DNA of 63,784 bases, filler included, from Squatina squatina (Eukaryota): assembly GCA_031763465.1 (NCBI GenBank). It is 4 parts of 4 records of this genome, joined end to end, with 100 filler letters (N's around TTAATTAATTAA, not from the genome) between each part and the next. Parts side by side here need not be neighbours in the genome. Positions count along the whole stretch, not along the records: positions 19,108 to 38,275 come from JARFOE010000013.1; 3 more parts are not named here. One strand, given 5' to 3'. Positions 25,561 through 38,375 of this stretch are shown one piece after another (within the stretch, counting starts at the first letter, position 1; each line of letters starts with the position of its first letter). Under the pieces are notes generated by a model. It had not been told where the DNA came from and ran no database searches. It worked only from the letters and a program-made list of their open reading frames with translations. A program made the translations under genes and the position numbers.

Positions 25561-27068
25561 CTTTTTTTTTCTTTTTGTGACATTCTGCCATTGACAAGTG
25601 GGTCGTCAGTTATATAAAACAACAATCCTTTATCGTTGGTGATGAGATAGTTCACTGTTATGACTGATTGATTGTGTGCTGTAAATATGCTGAACAGTGA
25701 ATACATAAACTCATTTAAGTGATGATTGTGTTACTCAGTTAATTTTGGGCCTGTTTTAGCAGATGGAAGTAATAAAAACATATACATTAGAATTCTAAAA
25801 CCTACAAAGCAATGAATACTCAACTAACTGTTGTCTTTAACATTAATTGATGTTTATTAAGTATACCGTTGTGTGGATGTACAAATAATAATTTTAGATT
25901 TTTTCCACACCAACCTAAAAATAACTGAGTTCATTTTAATGGAACATTAAACCTTGATTTATTATTTCTTTTTGCAATACATTAGCAAGACAAGTGGTAT
26001 CAGAGGTAACGNNNNNNNNNNTTATCCCCAGACTCCACATGCTTTGACCTTAGTCATGAGTCTACTATGTGGGACCTTATCCTTTTTGAAGTCCATTTAT
26101 TATTATACCTACTACTTTACCCTTGTCTGCTCTTTCTGTTACTTCTTCAAATAATTCAATAAAGTTGATCAAGCATGATCTCCCCTTTTGAAAATCATGC
26201 TGACTTCTTTGTTGTATTTTCAGTTTCTATGCCATTTCACTGCAGAACAATATTAGCAATACAGAGATGATAATGTGGTTCCACTTGTTCACTGAGGCTT
26301 TGCTTTGTCTCTTTATGTCTAGGAATTCTAATTATCACTGACTGTATATTATTTGATTTGGCAATGCAATTAACTCTGTTTGATTTGTCACTAGCTAGCA
26401 GTGTACAGCATGCTCTTAGCAGCTAGTAATGTACATGAATAATAACATTTTCAAGTCCAAATTGTATGCTTTTATAAATGTACTTTTCGTATGAATTTAC
26501 ATTTTCTTGCAGCTTTCTCTTGCGACCATAGAATTACAGAGTGATACAGTACAGAATGAGGCCATTTGGCCCATCATGCCTGTGCCGGCTCTTTGAAAGA
26601 GCTATCCAATTAGTCCCAGAAGTAACTGAGGTATAATATCCTTCATTACGCTGGGATTCAGTGCATGTATCAGAGTGGAAACCTCCTCAAATGGTGCATC
26701 ACAAACATAAAAGAATTCGTAGGCTTGTGAGAACCTTTTTTTTTAAGCACACACAATGTCCCTTTTTGGAACATGTAAGCAATTTTTAAGCTCATCTGAT
26801 AAGCCTGCAATACTCCACCCTTTCCTGGAGTATCATGCGGCGCATAGGTTGCAGCACATGCACTATTTTTAAAAGTGCCCTTGCAAAGACTCTGATCCTC
26901 ACCTTCAAAGTTCACGGCAAAGAAAAAAGTAGCTCAGAAAATGGAATGGAGAGGGAACAAAAGATTGAATGATTTGCATCAGAATACAATCTGCTTGCAT
27001 TGTGAAATTCAAAATAAGCCCACGTTTATCACAATGCAATTTGAATGTCAGTTATGATTTTGTATTGA

Positions 27069-27241
<173 letters not shown>

Positions 27242-28029
27242 NNNNNNNNNNNNNNNNNNNNNNNNNNNNNNNNNNNNNNNNNNNNNNNNNNNNNNNNNNN
27301 NNNNNNNNNNNNNNNNNNNNNNNNNNNNNNNNNNNNNNNNNACCTCTTTTTCCTTTTTAATTTAAATCAAGTGGCTGTGTCAGCTCCTCTGTTAATGATG
27401 TAGCCCCAGCACCCGCTGATGCTGGTTAATCATTCATATTCTGGGCTTCACTTGCCTACAAATTGCATTTGGGATGTGATGGGAAAGGAAGATCGCACCA
27501 GTGTGCAGCATTTACAGATTTCACAAACTTTGATTCTGGAACTACAGTTCTTCTTGAGTTGAGAGCTGCCCATTAGTGACACAGGATATACAGCGGCCAC
27601 ATATACTCAAGGTCTCTGATTGTGCTCGAAATGTTTTCACTATGAACTTTCAACTGGCAGAAACAAACTATGGAATAAGACTGCTTTGAACAATAATGAG
27701 CATTTATGGTCCTTCATTGTAAGCCAACAGGTTGTGGAAGCAAGCCCTTAGGAACAAGAATAGGACAATATATCGAATATCAATAGTCTTGTTGATGCTG
27801 TACTGCATTGCTCCTTTAAACAAAATTGCGCTTGATGGTGGCCTCTGGGACTTACACACACGTTTCCTGGATCTGCTCATTTGCATTCTGTGTGAGGATC
27901 TGTTCTCTGATGCCCTTTGCAGCAGTCACCAAGGACTCCTCTTCTGCGTGCATATCATCCTGATGATCATCCATGTAGTTCTGGATTCACCTTCCTCAGC
28001 CATATCGGCGCACCCTTTCCTGAATGGTA

Positions 28030-28260
28030 AATTTATGAAGGATACACCAACCTATCACTATTCTGGGCACCTGATCTGGAGGGATACTGCAAAACCCCTC
28101 CCAATCTGGCCAGGTGGCAAAAGCACAATTTCAACTCCCTGATGGTCTTCTTGATCACCAGCCTGGTAGATGTACATGCCTCATTGTAGCACTGTGGTTT
28201 ATATTAACGGTTCATCAGTTTAATGAATTTTAGGTAGCAACCCATATCCCACCACTCCAC
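28030..28260 (-). pseudogene. Fossil PIF/Harbinger (HARBI1-like) transposase, C-terminal part
   Basis: Minus strand CYNEACTSTRLVIKKTIRELKLCFCHLARLGGVLQYP aligns by eye to the Harbinger motif RYN.AH..TR.VIE.TIG.LK.RFRCLDRSGG.LQY; GDMGC upstream resembles GDKGY. Confidence 0.7.
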
Positions 28261-29068
28261 AATCCCATGCATCGGTGTTCCAAAGCATTTCATCATCATT
28301 GGTGATCGGCAAATGAAATACTTTAGCACTTGTTTGCGTTTTTAAATTGGTAACAGATTCGTAGTATTAAATTATAGGTACGGCTCTTGATCTGGTCATC
28401 ATTTAGAAGTTAAATTACAAAGGTATCACAAACAATAATTCTCATGTCACAATTTCACCTATTATTTCAATCTTCAATCGCAAAATACCTAAGTTTAAGA
28501 GGTATGTAAAATTGAAACTTTTGCTAACTTAGGATAATCATTCTAAGAGGAGAGCATTTGACGCAGACTATCCTGCTTTGGTCCCCTCATCTCATTTCGT
28601 AAACACAGGATGACAGAGTGGTGATTGCGCACTGCATGACCTCCTTCAAGCATGTGAAATCCACCAGCCAGAAATACCACAATAGATATTTGAACAGACA
28701 ACGGGCTGTAAATTATTTTGGATGGAAAGTACCTTTTTAATCCACTGAAGGCTTACAGAAAATCACAAGTAAAGTGACAATTCAAGGCCATTTGGTCCAT
28801 TAAAGCTAATTCCTCCAATACCCCAAATCTCCCATTTTAACATCCACACACTTTTTAACATTCCTAATCATTTCTTACAATGTAAATTAAATTTCATAAT
28901 TCCTAACCAGTGATCATCACTAATCATCATTTCAGGTAATCTTATTGAAAAGTTCAAATAACAATAAACATCATTTGTGCCCTAAGATGGCGTATTCCAT
29001 GACAGGAACAGGACATTCTCGCTAATAAGTTTACATTACAGCAAGAGGGGCTATGAAGAAAATATAAT

Positions 29069-29795
29069 GGCCCAGAAATTCCCGTTGGAGGTTTCCTTTG
29101 GGTGGAAGCCTCCGACCGGTAAATTGTCATGAAATTACCCGTTGGTCTGGGAGTTTCGAAGTCTTGCGTTCCTGGGCCTGTACGCACAGGTCAGTGTAGC
29201 TGCCGAGATATCTTAGCAGCGTATGCAGTTCAGAGGTGCTGCTCGGGTCAGGTGGGAGACCCCAGCCAATCAAGGTAGGAGTATCTCCATTCATAGTTAT
29301 GTTGAGCTCAACCAAAGTATGAATGGAGATACCTAAAAACCCACAAGCACATAAAAATAAATTTTAAAAAAACAGCTCAAATATTAAAATTAATTAAAAT
29401 GTTTTATAATTAAATATTTAACTATTGTTTAAAAGAGTCTAAAAATATACCTTTCTTACTGACTGGGTTTTTAATAAAGAACTAAGTGGTTTAATACTAT
29501 TTTTAATTTTTTTTCTACTCTGTATGCCTGCTTTTATGAGCATAAGAGTTTGAAGGGCTTTCGCTGGGCAAATAGCCCAACTCTCCGCTCGTGGAGGCCC
29601 TTCTCCTGGGGATGCGCTACGATCTGTCAAGAGAAATTTTGACAGATCACAACTTCCGGACAAGAGAAATTTTGACAGATCACAACTTCCGGGTTTAGGC
29701 GCCTGTGCTTCACAGCCCAAAACCCGAAACTTGCAGTGTTTCTACCGGCATGTGCGCACTTCACACGCACCCGTAAGGACCAAAATTTCAGGGCC
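29069..29795 (+). mobile_element. Harbinger-type MITE, family A
   Basis: TIRs ggcccagaaatt / aatttcagggcc (11 of 12 match) with flanks aat / att, an AT-rich core and a subterminal hairpin. Confidence 0.75.
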
Positions 29796-30157
29796 ATTAT
29801 CATTTTTGTTGAGTGTTTGGCTATTAAATAGAGGATCTCCATGTGTTGCAGCAGCTCACTAACTTGTGGTTGCTCTTCATTCAAATGAATGTATGTTAGG
29901 CTATAATTTGCCTGTATTCTCTTTAGCCGCACACTACATTGCATACTGCTTTATTCAATATCGGCTCATTTCAGCTGTTGATGTGTAGGTAATTAAACAG
30001 TTATACCACCATCAAATTATCTTTTTATCTTGATTATACAAATATGAAAGAATTAATTGAGATCTACATCACTGACTCACTTGTCAATGTTATCCATGTT
30101 GGAGATATTTAAAGTTATTCTAATGTATGTTTTCTGGGTGGCACATTCAACAACATT

Positions 30158-30915
30158 GGGGCAGAACTTGCGATCCCTCTGGGTGGGTACAATGTTCGCA
30201 CGCATCTGTAGGGACCCCGCAAGTTCCGGGATTAGGGCTGCGAAGCACATGCACCTAAATCCAGAACTTGCGATCTGTCAAGATTTTTCTTGTCCGATCA
30301 TACGCTTGGACTGCAAAAGAGCTTTCCTGGGTGGAGATTTGGGCTATTTGCCCAATTCTTGCCCATAGAAAGCACTTTAATTTCTTACGCATGGTAAAAG
30401 CAAGTGTGCAGGCCTGCTTTTACCAGTGTAAGAGTTTAAAAAAATATAAAAATAAATTAAATTACTGTTACATTGGTTAAAAGCCATATCCATTAAGGTA
30501 AGCATATTTTTATACACTTCAAAAGATTTTTTATTTAAATCAAATTTTTTTTGTATTATTTATCTAATTATATATAATTTTATTAAATTTTAATGTTTGA
30601 GAAATTTTAAAAATTTATTTTGATGTGCTTCTGCTGCTTATAGTATCTCTCATTCATACTTCTACTAATCTCCGTAATGTCAGAGATCTGCAGAAATATG
30701 AATGGGAGATACTCCTACCTGATTGGTTGGGGCCTCCCACATGATCCCACCATTGTGTGCAAACCGCATATGCTGGAGCGATCCCTGGGCCGCTCCACCT
30801 ACGCTCCTGTGGAGGCCCAGGAATGCAAGGCTACGGACCACCAGGTAAATTCATAAGGATCTTTCCAGTCGGAGGCCTGCATCTGCGGGAAGGCTTCGAC
30901 TGGAATTTCAGCTCC
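30158..30915 (-). mobile_element. Harbinger-type MITE, family A, inverted relative to 29069
   Basis: Ends ggggcagaactt / aatttcagctcc with a perfect 3-bp TSD att / att; its reverse complement aligns to the 29069 copy. Confidence 0.75.
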
Positions 30916-32607
30916 ATTACTGTCTTCTCTCTTCTTTGACCTACATTTGAATCCAGCCAAGAGTTTTGGATGGAAGTCTGCTATCTTTGATAATTTATGT
31001 GCAGCATAGTTCCCACCTGTCCATGTTCTGTGTGGATAGTATGCATTTCTGGCCACCGTTTGCACTGCTTGCTCAAAAACGTGCTGACCTGTGGACAAAT
31101 TAAACCCCTCTTAAGCTGCTTCATTATCCATTGTGTGTTATCTCTTCTGTGCAGTCACAGTGTTTCAGTACATACTTAGAAGAGATAACCCAGAAAATGA
31201 TTCTAGGGTGATTTCATGGGTTACCAAGGTTTCTTGCACAAATGTGGGTTGGCAAGCACAATGCTAATACATCCTTAGTGCACCAGTGCCAGACACACAC
31301 TCAACTTTGTGTTTATTATTGTCCTGTGGATTATGGAGGTAGAAAATGTGTAGTTTCTTTCTCATTTTAATTGCTAAACGTATTTCCAGTTGCTGTATGT
31401 GACATTGCTGACTTTGTAGCAGCAGTTCTGACACAAAAGAATGGTGACTTGAAACCAAATGAAGCTGCATCTCCCATGGGTTTTATAGTTCTTCTACGCC
31501 TATTGGAACAGTGCTGTTAGACTTGTTTGTGTACCCTATCCTATACTTTAACTTAAATGTTGGTGTCAAAATACTCTCTCAGGTCCTAAAGAATTAATAG
31601 CTGTCTTTCAAGTCTTAGATCAAGAGATTGAATTCCAACATGTTGCCGGGCACCAGCCAGGGCAGCTCTGCTGAGAAGCAGTAAACACCACATCTCATGG
31701 GATTTCATGTTGACTTCAATTTCCTCAAAGCTTTTTCTATTCCAAGCAAGAGACTATCTTCTAAATACAAAATGTTTGCATCATCCACTGTGCTGCAACC
31801 TGTCATTGTTAGGTGCTGGGATCTTACATGCTGCTGTAAAACAGGTGCAGAGGAAGAGATAGCACGGGCAAGGCAAAAACCTCCTTCTAAATGAGGAACT
31901 TTTGAGTCCTACATTGAGCCTGTAAGCCACCATGAATCCAGCACAAGCAAACTTTCTAGTTTTACTGGGATGTCGATAATCTTTAATAAATAAAATGCTA
32001 GCTAAAAATGAAGTATTTAGGACATGCATAGCAAATCAGAGAGGCTTAAAGTTGTACAGAGCATGAAAACCTGANNNNNNNNNNNNNNNNNNNNNNNNNN
32101 NNNNNNNNNNNNNNNNNNNNNNNNNNNNNNNNNNNNNNNNNNNNNNNNNNNNNNNNNNNNNNNNNNNNNNNNNNGCGGTGGGCACTGTGGGGTCAGCGCG
32201 CGACTTGATGATGCCGCGCGTTGACCCACGGCGCCAATGGCGACCCAGCGAAGAGGCTTTGCGCCTCTGGGGCGCCATGCCCAATTTTGCAAAACTAAAA
32301 AATTGACCCTTGCGCTGCTTTAGTGCCCGGATAGTGCCACTTTTCACCACTACCATGGTGCTAAATCACACAAATTGGGCCCGCTATGTTTCAAAATGGC
32401 TTGATAAGAATTTGATCCTCATAACTCATTTAAACTTTTTGATCCCGAGTGGCATAACTAGTCATTTACTATCTCCTGAAAATGAAGTTGCTCTTAATTA
32501 AATACAACAATTATTATTATGTGAAATCCATTGCAGAATATCTTTGAGTACACCAAAAATTGATGTTTACCAAAATTCTTTAGCAAATCCACGACAAATA
32601 TATATAG

Positions 32608-33006
<399 letters not shown>

Positions 33007-33050
33007 TGATTATTATGTTAAAAACTGACACAAAAGGCTCAAAACTTGTC

Positions 33051-33601
33051 GGCCCTGAATTTGCGATCGGAGGCTTCCTGCGTGCAGAGTCCTCCAATGG
33101 CAAAAATATCTAAGGGTCCTCGATCCACGCGACCTTGCGAGTTTGAGCCCCCCCGAGTTGGAGATTCGGAGCGGGGCTCTGTAGATTCCTGGGCACGTCG
33201 AGCGAAGAGGCTGGAGAGGCCACATGGGAGGCCCCAACCAATCAGGTAGGCTGTACCTTTCATTGAACTTATGACAGTTCTCAGTGATCTGTCAAAACTT
33301 CAAGGAAAATTGAAAAACAACACAAACACATCCCAAAACATTTTTAAAACTATTCTAACATAAGAATTTAATTAAAAAAAGAGATAAATAACACAATTTT
33401 TAAAATCTTTTAAAATGCTTAAAAACATACTTACCTTACTGAGAATGGTTTTAAAGTTAATTAATTAATTTTTTTGATTTAAATTTTTTTAGCAACTCTT
33501 ATGCTGGTAAAACCAAGCAGATACGCTAGGCTTTACCATGCGTAAAACTCTTTAACAAATTTCCAGCGCAAGATTTGCAAAAATTGGAATCAGTTATGCT
33601 G
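33051..33601 (+). mobile_element. Harbinger-type MITE, family A-related (truncated by gap)
   Basis: Starts ggccctgaatttgcgatcggaggcttcc; shares ccaatcaggtagg with the 46115 copy and the AT-rich core with the 29069 copy. Confidence 0.7.
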
Positions 33602-33701
33602 NNNNNNNNNNNNNNNNNNNNNNNNNNNNNNNNNNNNNNNNNNNNNNNNNNNNNNNNNNNNNNNNNNNNNNNNNNNNNNNNNNNNNNNNNNNNNNNNNNN
33701 N

Positions 33702-33872
33702 TTTCCCCCAGAAACGGTCCCAGTGCCTCAGGAATCTACAGCCCTCCCCTGTGCACTATCTCTCCAGCCACATATTCATTAGCTCTATCTTCCTATTTCT
33801 GTACTCACCAGCACGTGACACTGGGAGTAATCTGGATATTACTACCTTTGAGGTCCTGCTTTTTAATCTCCT
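33702..33872 (-). mobile_element. CR1 ORF1 (esterase-like domain) fragment
   Basis: Minus strand LKSRTSKVVISRLLPVSRAGEYRNRKIELMNMWLER*CTGEGCRFLRHWDRFWG. Confidence 0.7.
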
Positions 33873-33879
33873 TATGATA

Positions 33880-35322
33880 CAAAGTTAGGTGCAGAATATT
33901 TTTTGAATGGTGAGAGACTGGGAAATGTTTGCATTCAGAGGGACCTGGGTGACCTTGAATCACAGAACGTTAACATGCAGGTACAGCAAGCAATTAGGAA
34001 AGCAAATGGTATGTTAGCTTTTGTTACAAAGGGATTAGAGTATAAAGGTAAAGAAGTCTTACTACAATTATACAGGGCATTGGTGAGGCCACACCTGGAG
34101 TACTGTGTGCAGTTCTGGTCTCCTTACTGAAGGAAAACATTCTTGCCTTAGAGGGATGCAACAAAGGTTCACTCGACTGGTTCCTAGGATGAGGGATTGT
34201 CCCAAGAGGAGAGATTGAGTAGACAAGGCCTCTATTCCCCAGGGTTTAGAAGAATGAGAGGTGATCTAATTGAAACATAGAGGGGGAGAAGTTGGCCTGG
34301 TTTGTGCCTCCTGTTAGCGCCTGTGGGGGCACTAACGGGGCGCTTGGGGTTACTGACTGGGTTTGCCAAATTCAGCAACGCCCCCAAATTTCCTTGGTGG
34401 TTTTGTGTTGGCGCTAACACTTACTGTCTCGGTCTCTTGCGCCCCGTAGATTGTGATGTCATCCAGTGCTCAGAGTCCCATTACCCCCTGGGTATAATAA
34501 TCACTCCCACACCCTGCAACATCGCCGGGCTTCAACAACTTGGGGAGCGCTCATTCAAGGCAGCGGTGGTCAGGTCGGGCAAAATGTATTTACGTCCCCA
34601 TTCTGGTGCCTCCTGCTTTCTTTTGCCCCCTCGATTGCTCAGCCCTGCACTTTTGTAGCGTGCTTGGGGCTGCTATGCGCATAGCCAAGGTGCCGTGGCC
34701 CAATAGACACAGCCTGCAGATTCATTCAATGCAGCATTGGCCCTTCCCTGTAAGGGAGGGAAGGAGCCTGTGAAACCGGTAGCACTGCCTCGAACATTGC
34801 TCAGCACTCTGTCGACATCGCCCCCTCACTCCCTTTAGCGCTCCGATTTAGTGCTCCAGTTCCTTCTTGGAGCACTACAGCAGAAGTTCCTGACAGATTC
34901 AAATCTTTACCGTCCGACTATACTTTTTGCGCTCCCTGAAAATTTCGTCCATTAAATTCTTAAGGGGCTTGACAAGTTTAATGCTGAGTAAATGTTTCCC
35001 CTGGCTGGGGAATCTAGAACATGCGTTACAGTCTCAGAATAAGAGGCCGGCCTTTTCGGACTGAAATGAGGAGAGATTTCCTCACTCAGAGGGCTGTAAA
35101 TCTTTGGGATTCTCTACCCTGGAGGGCTGTGGACACTCAGTCATTGAGTGTATTCAAGACAGAGGTCTATTAATTTTTGGGAACTAAGGGAATTAAGGGA
35201 TATGGGGATAGTGCTGGAAGGTGGAGCTGAGGTAGAAGATCAGCCGTAACCTTAATGAATGGCGGAGCAGGCTCGAGGGGCCGAGTGGCCTCCTCGTGCT
35301 CCTATTTCTTACGTTCTTATGT
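33880..35322 (+). mobile_element. CR1 3' half interrupted by a MITE
   Basis: QVQQAIRKANGMLAFVTKGLEYKGKEVLLQLYRALVRPHLEYCVQFWSPY; resumes near 34951, with the 3' UTR hairpin at 35260-35322. Confidence 0.9.
34282..34950. mobile_element. GC-rich MITE inserted in CR1
   Basis: Splits the CR1 IETY|KILKGLD motif; imperfect ends gggggagaagtt / aatttcgtcc. Confidence 0.6.
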
Positions 35323-36004
35323 ATTTCATTCTTTCCTTCTTCCTTTCCGTTATCTTGCGAGTGAATTGCAGCATTCAGGCAGCCAGAAGGAGAGCTTAGA
35401 ATTCAAATGAGAGACTATAGGGAATGAGAAAGCGATTGCATTGATCTGCGTTCTGAATAGAGAAGGGATTAAGTGCTATTCAAACGCTTAGCATGTTTGT
35501 ACGGCAATCCTCTGTCCATTATTTTACCCCGAGCATTAACTGGTTTATTTTAAATGGGTTTTCATCTTTGCTAAAATAGGTGGACAGTGGAATGTCCCCT
35601 GAATACATTAATCTTTCATCTGCTAATATTGCTGAAAGACACTTCTCAGCTGAGGTGAGAAGGTGGATGGGTGGGTCAGGTTGATCTATGAGTTTGCTTT
35701 GAGTAGAGATATCATTTAAGCTTGCTCCATATTTTAAATGTTATATGANNNNNNNNNNNNNNNNNNNNNNNNNNNNNNNNNNNNNNNNNNNNNNNNNNNN
35801 NNNNNNNNNNNNNNNNNNNNNNNNNNNNNNNNNNNNNNNNNNNNNNNNTGTATTTTATAGTGAGAGAACATGTCTGCTTTAACACAAATTATTCCGGCAG
35901 GATCAAGTACGATTTAAAGAAGCTATCTTCCACGACACAAAAACCTCAAAGAAAAAATTTTCAAAATTGAACTGAATTGAATTTTTGGGCAATCTTTAAT
36001 TACT

Positions 36005-36410
36005 CATAGAAGTCACACCATAGAGACAGGCCACTTGGCCCAATCAATCCACGCCGGCATTTACCCTCCATGCGAGTAAATAGTCTGAATCGCTTTTTTC
36101 CTGCTCTGTGCCCATACCCTTTTATCTACTTTTTCAAACTAATCTTGACTACTAAAATAGTTTCTGCCTCAACTTCTAACCCTGGAAGTGAACTCCACAG
36201 CCTCACAACTTTCTGTGGAAAGAAGTTTCTCTTGCTCTCTGTTCTAAACCTCTTACATTAAACCTTCTATCTCTAGCACCTCGTTCTAGACCCCTAATCT
36301 GTTGGAAACAGTTTGCTTCTGTCCATCCTGTCCCATTCTTTTGTAATTTTAAACACTTCCTATCGTATTACCCTGTACTCTACATTCTTCTAATGGAAAA
36401 AGCCCCATTA
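36005..36410 (-). mobile_element. Old CR1 3' end
   Basis: ggccacttggccc tail and ctccacagcctcacaactttctgtggaaagaagtttct (RNFFPQKVVRLW on the minus strand). Confidence 0.65.
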
Positions 36411-36729
36411 AAATAGTGCATATAGGAATTTTAAACTGGTGACTTAGCCAGTGCAGTGAAATGGTGCTCAAAGTAATTATAACACCTAAGTCTTTGAGGT
36501 TTTTCTGTCATGGAAGATAGCTTCTTTAAAACGTACTTGAGGAAAATTGCCAAGGGAAAAAGAGAATAAAAGCAAAAATGTCACATTTTAATAGATTTGA
36601 TCTTCCACATATTTTTGCAACTGTAAATATTTTTGCCGTTTGCACATATATTGACTGAAATACAAACAGGCAGGAGTGTGAATAAATAGATTGCATTTTC
36701 TAACAAATTGATTTTTGTTGTTTGTCTAG

Positions 36730-36907
36730 CTCTCTGTGGAGGTAATATTACTGCACTAAATGGCACTATCTACTCTCCTGGGTACCCTGATGAGTACCCT
36801 AACTTTCAGGACTGCCTTTGGATTGTCAAAGTACCTCCAGGCAATGGAATCTACATCAACTTCACTGTCTTACAAACAGAACCTATATATGACTTCATTA
36901 CAGTATG
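36730..36907 (+). CDS. CSMD3: CSMD3 exon (CUB start)
   Basis: AG/GT bounded: LCGGNITALNGTIYSPGYPDEYPNFQDCLWIVKVPPGNGIYINFTVLQTEPIYDFITVW. Confidence 0.93.
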
Positions 36908-38111
36908 GTAGGCCATAAATATTCTCCTACTGATTTATTAGAGCAGTCATGAAATTAAACTGAGCTCTGATAAGCTATAACACTGCTGCTTTGTCAGTGT
37001 ATTCCTGAGCTAGTTAGCTGTAAACAAGAATAATTATAGCCTCTACACAAAGGAGCTCTTTGTTGCAAAGTCAGTATTGTCTATGTTCCTATTTTTAAAT
37101 ATATTTCACCACTGCTATTAATTATTGTATTAGACAGTGGGAAAGAACTACCAGAGTAATGGCGCTTTAGTAGCATCCAATGGAAAATCACTTATTTGTG
37201 GACAATTGGATCAATAATAACTTCTTCCAGATTGACAGAAATTAGCACTACTCATGGGCCCTCACCTGCCAAGTTAAATTGACTATTTCTTTTTAGCATA
37301 ATCTCCATGCATAGGATCAAATATGTTATTTTTTCTCTCTTCGGTAAGGTGGATTTTATGTGCATTGCAANNNNNNNNNNNNNNNNNNNNNNNNNNNNNN
37401 NNNNNNNNNNNNNNNNNNNNNNNNNNNNNNNNNNNNNNNNNNNNNNNNNNNNNNNNNNNNNNNNNNNNNNAGGCGCAACGCTTTACCACACCAAAATGGC
37501 AGAAGGCTCCTAACAACATCACAGGACCCTGACTTGCATGACAAAATGAGGCTTCTGTCAGTTTCCAGCAGGAGTGCTGGACATCGAACTCGAGGCCCAC
37601 TCGAAAATGACAGCGGCCTTGGGTGGGAAGTCAACCTGCCGAAAAGCACAACAGCCCAGAGTTCGGAATTGTTGCCACTGAAGTATAAACATGGAAAGAT
37701 GTGCAATCATCACAAAATATTTGCAGAAAACTTGAATCAGTGGTTGTCAAAGTGGTTTACAAATGCAATACAAGCAACTTTGTCTTTTTTTTGTTTAAAG
37801 GGGCACAGTCTTCACAAAAAAATGATTCCCAAATTTTATTTTGATTCGTTATAGAAACTTGATACAAATGATATAAATCCCACCCATGCATCATACATTA
37901 CTTACCTGCTTCATCACTGTCAAAGAAAAAAAGCATGTGATTGTACTTTCTCTTTGTCCTGAAGCTGTAATTAATTGCACACTTTTTCATGAGGACTACA
38001 TCTCTCTTAATATATGTTGAACAAGTGGTTATTTGGATAAGTTGCATTAACACTGACTCATAACAGATAGTGTTATTGAGTATCATTCATGAGATGTTTC
38101 ATTTGTTGCAG

Positions 38112-38275
38112 CAATATCTTGTGGTGCCCCTAAAGCATCAGTGAATGGAGGAGTATTTGCAACCGATTACTCGGTAAGCACACGTGTTAGCTACTTTTGT
38201 AACGATGGCTATCGACTTTCATCAAAGGAGCAGTCCACTGCTGTGTGCCAACAGGACGGCACGTGGAGCAATCAG
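38112..38275 (+). CDS. CSMD3: CSMD3 exon (Sushi domain), 3' end lost at linker
   Basis: ISCGAPKASVNGGVFATDYSVSTRVSYFCNDGYRLSSKEQSTAVCQQDGTWSNQ. Confidence 0.9.
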
Positions 38276-38375
38276 NNNNNNNNNNNNNNNNNNNNNNNNN
38301 NNNNNNNNNNNNNNNNNNNTTAATTAATTAANNNNNNNNNNNNNNNNNNNNNNNNNNNNNNNNNNNNNNNNNNNN
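38276..38375. other. Artificial scaffold linker 44N-TTAATTAATTAA-44N
   Basis: 12-mer at 38320-38331. Confidence 0.95.
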
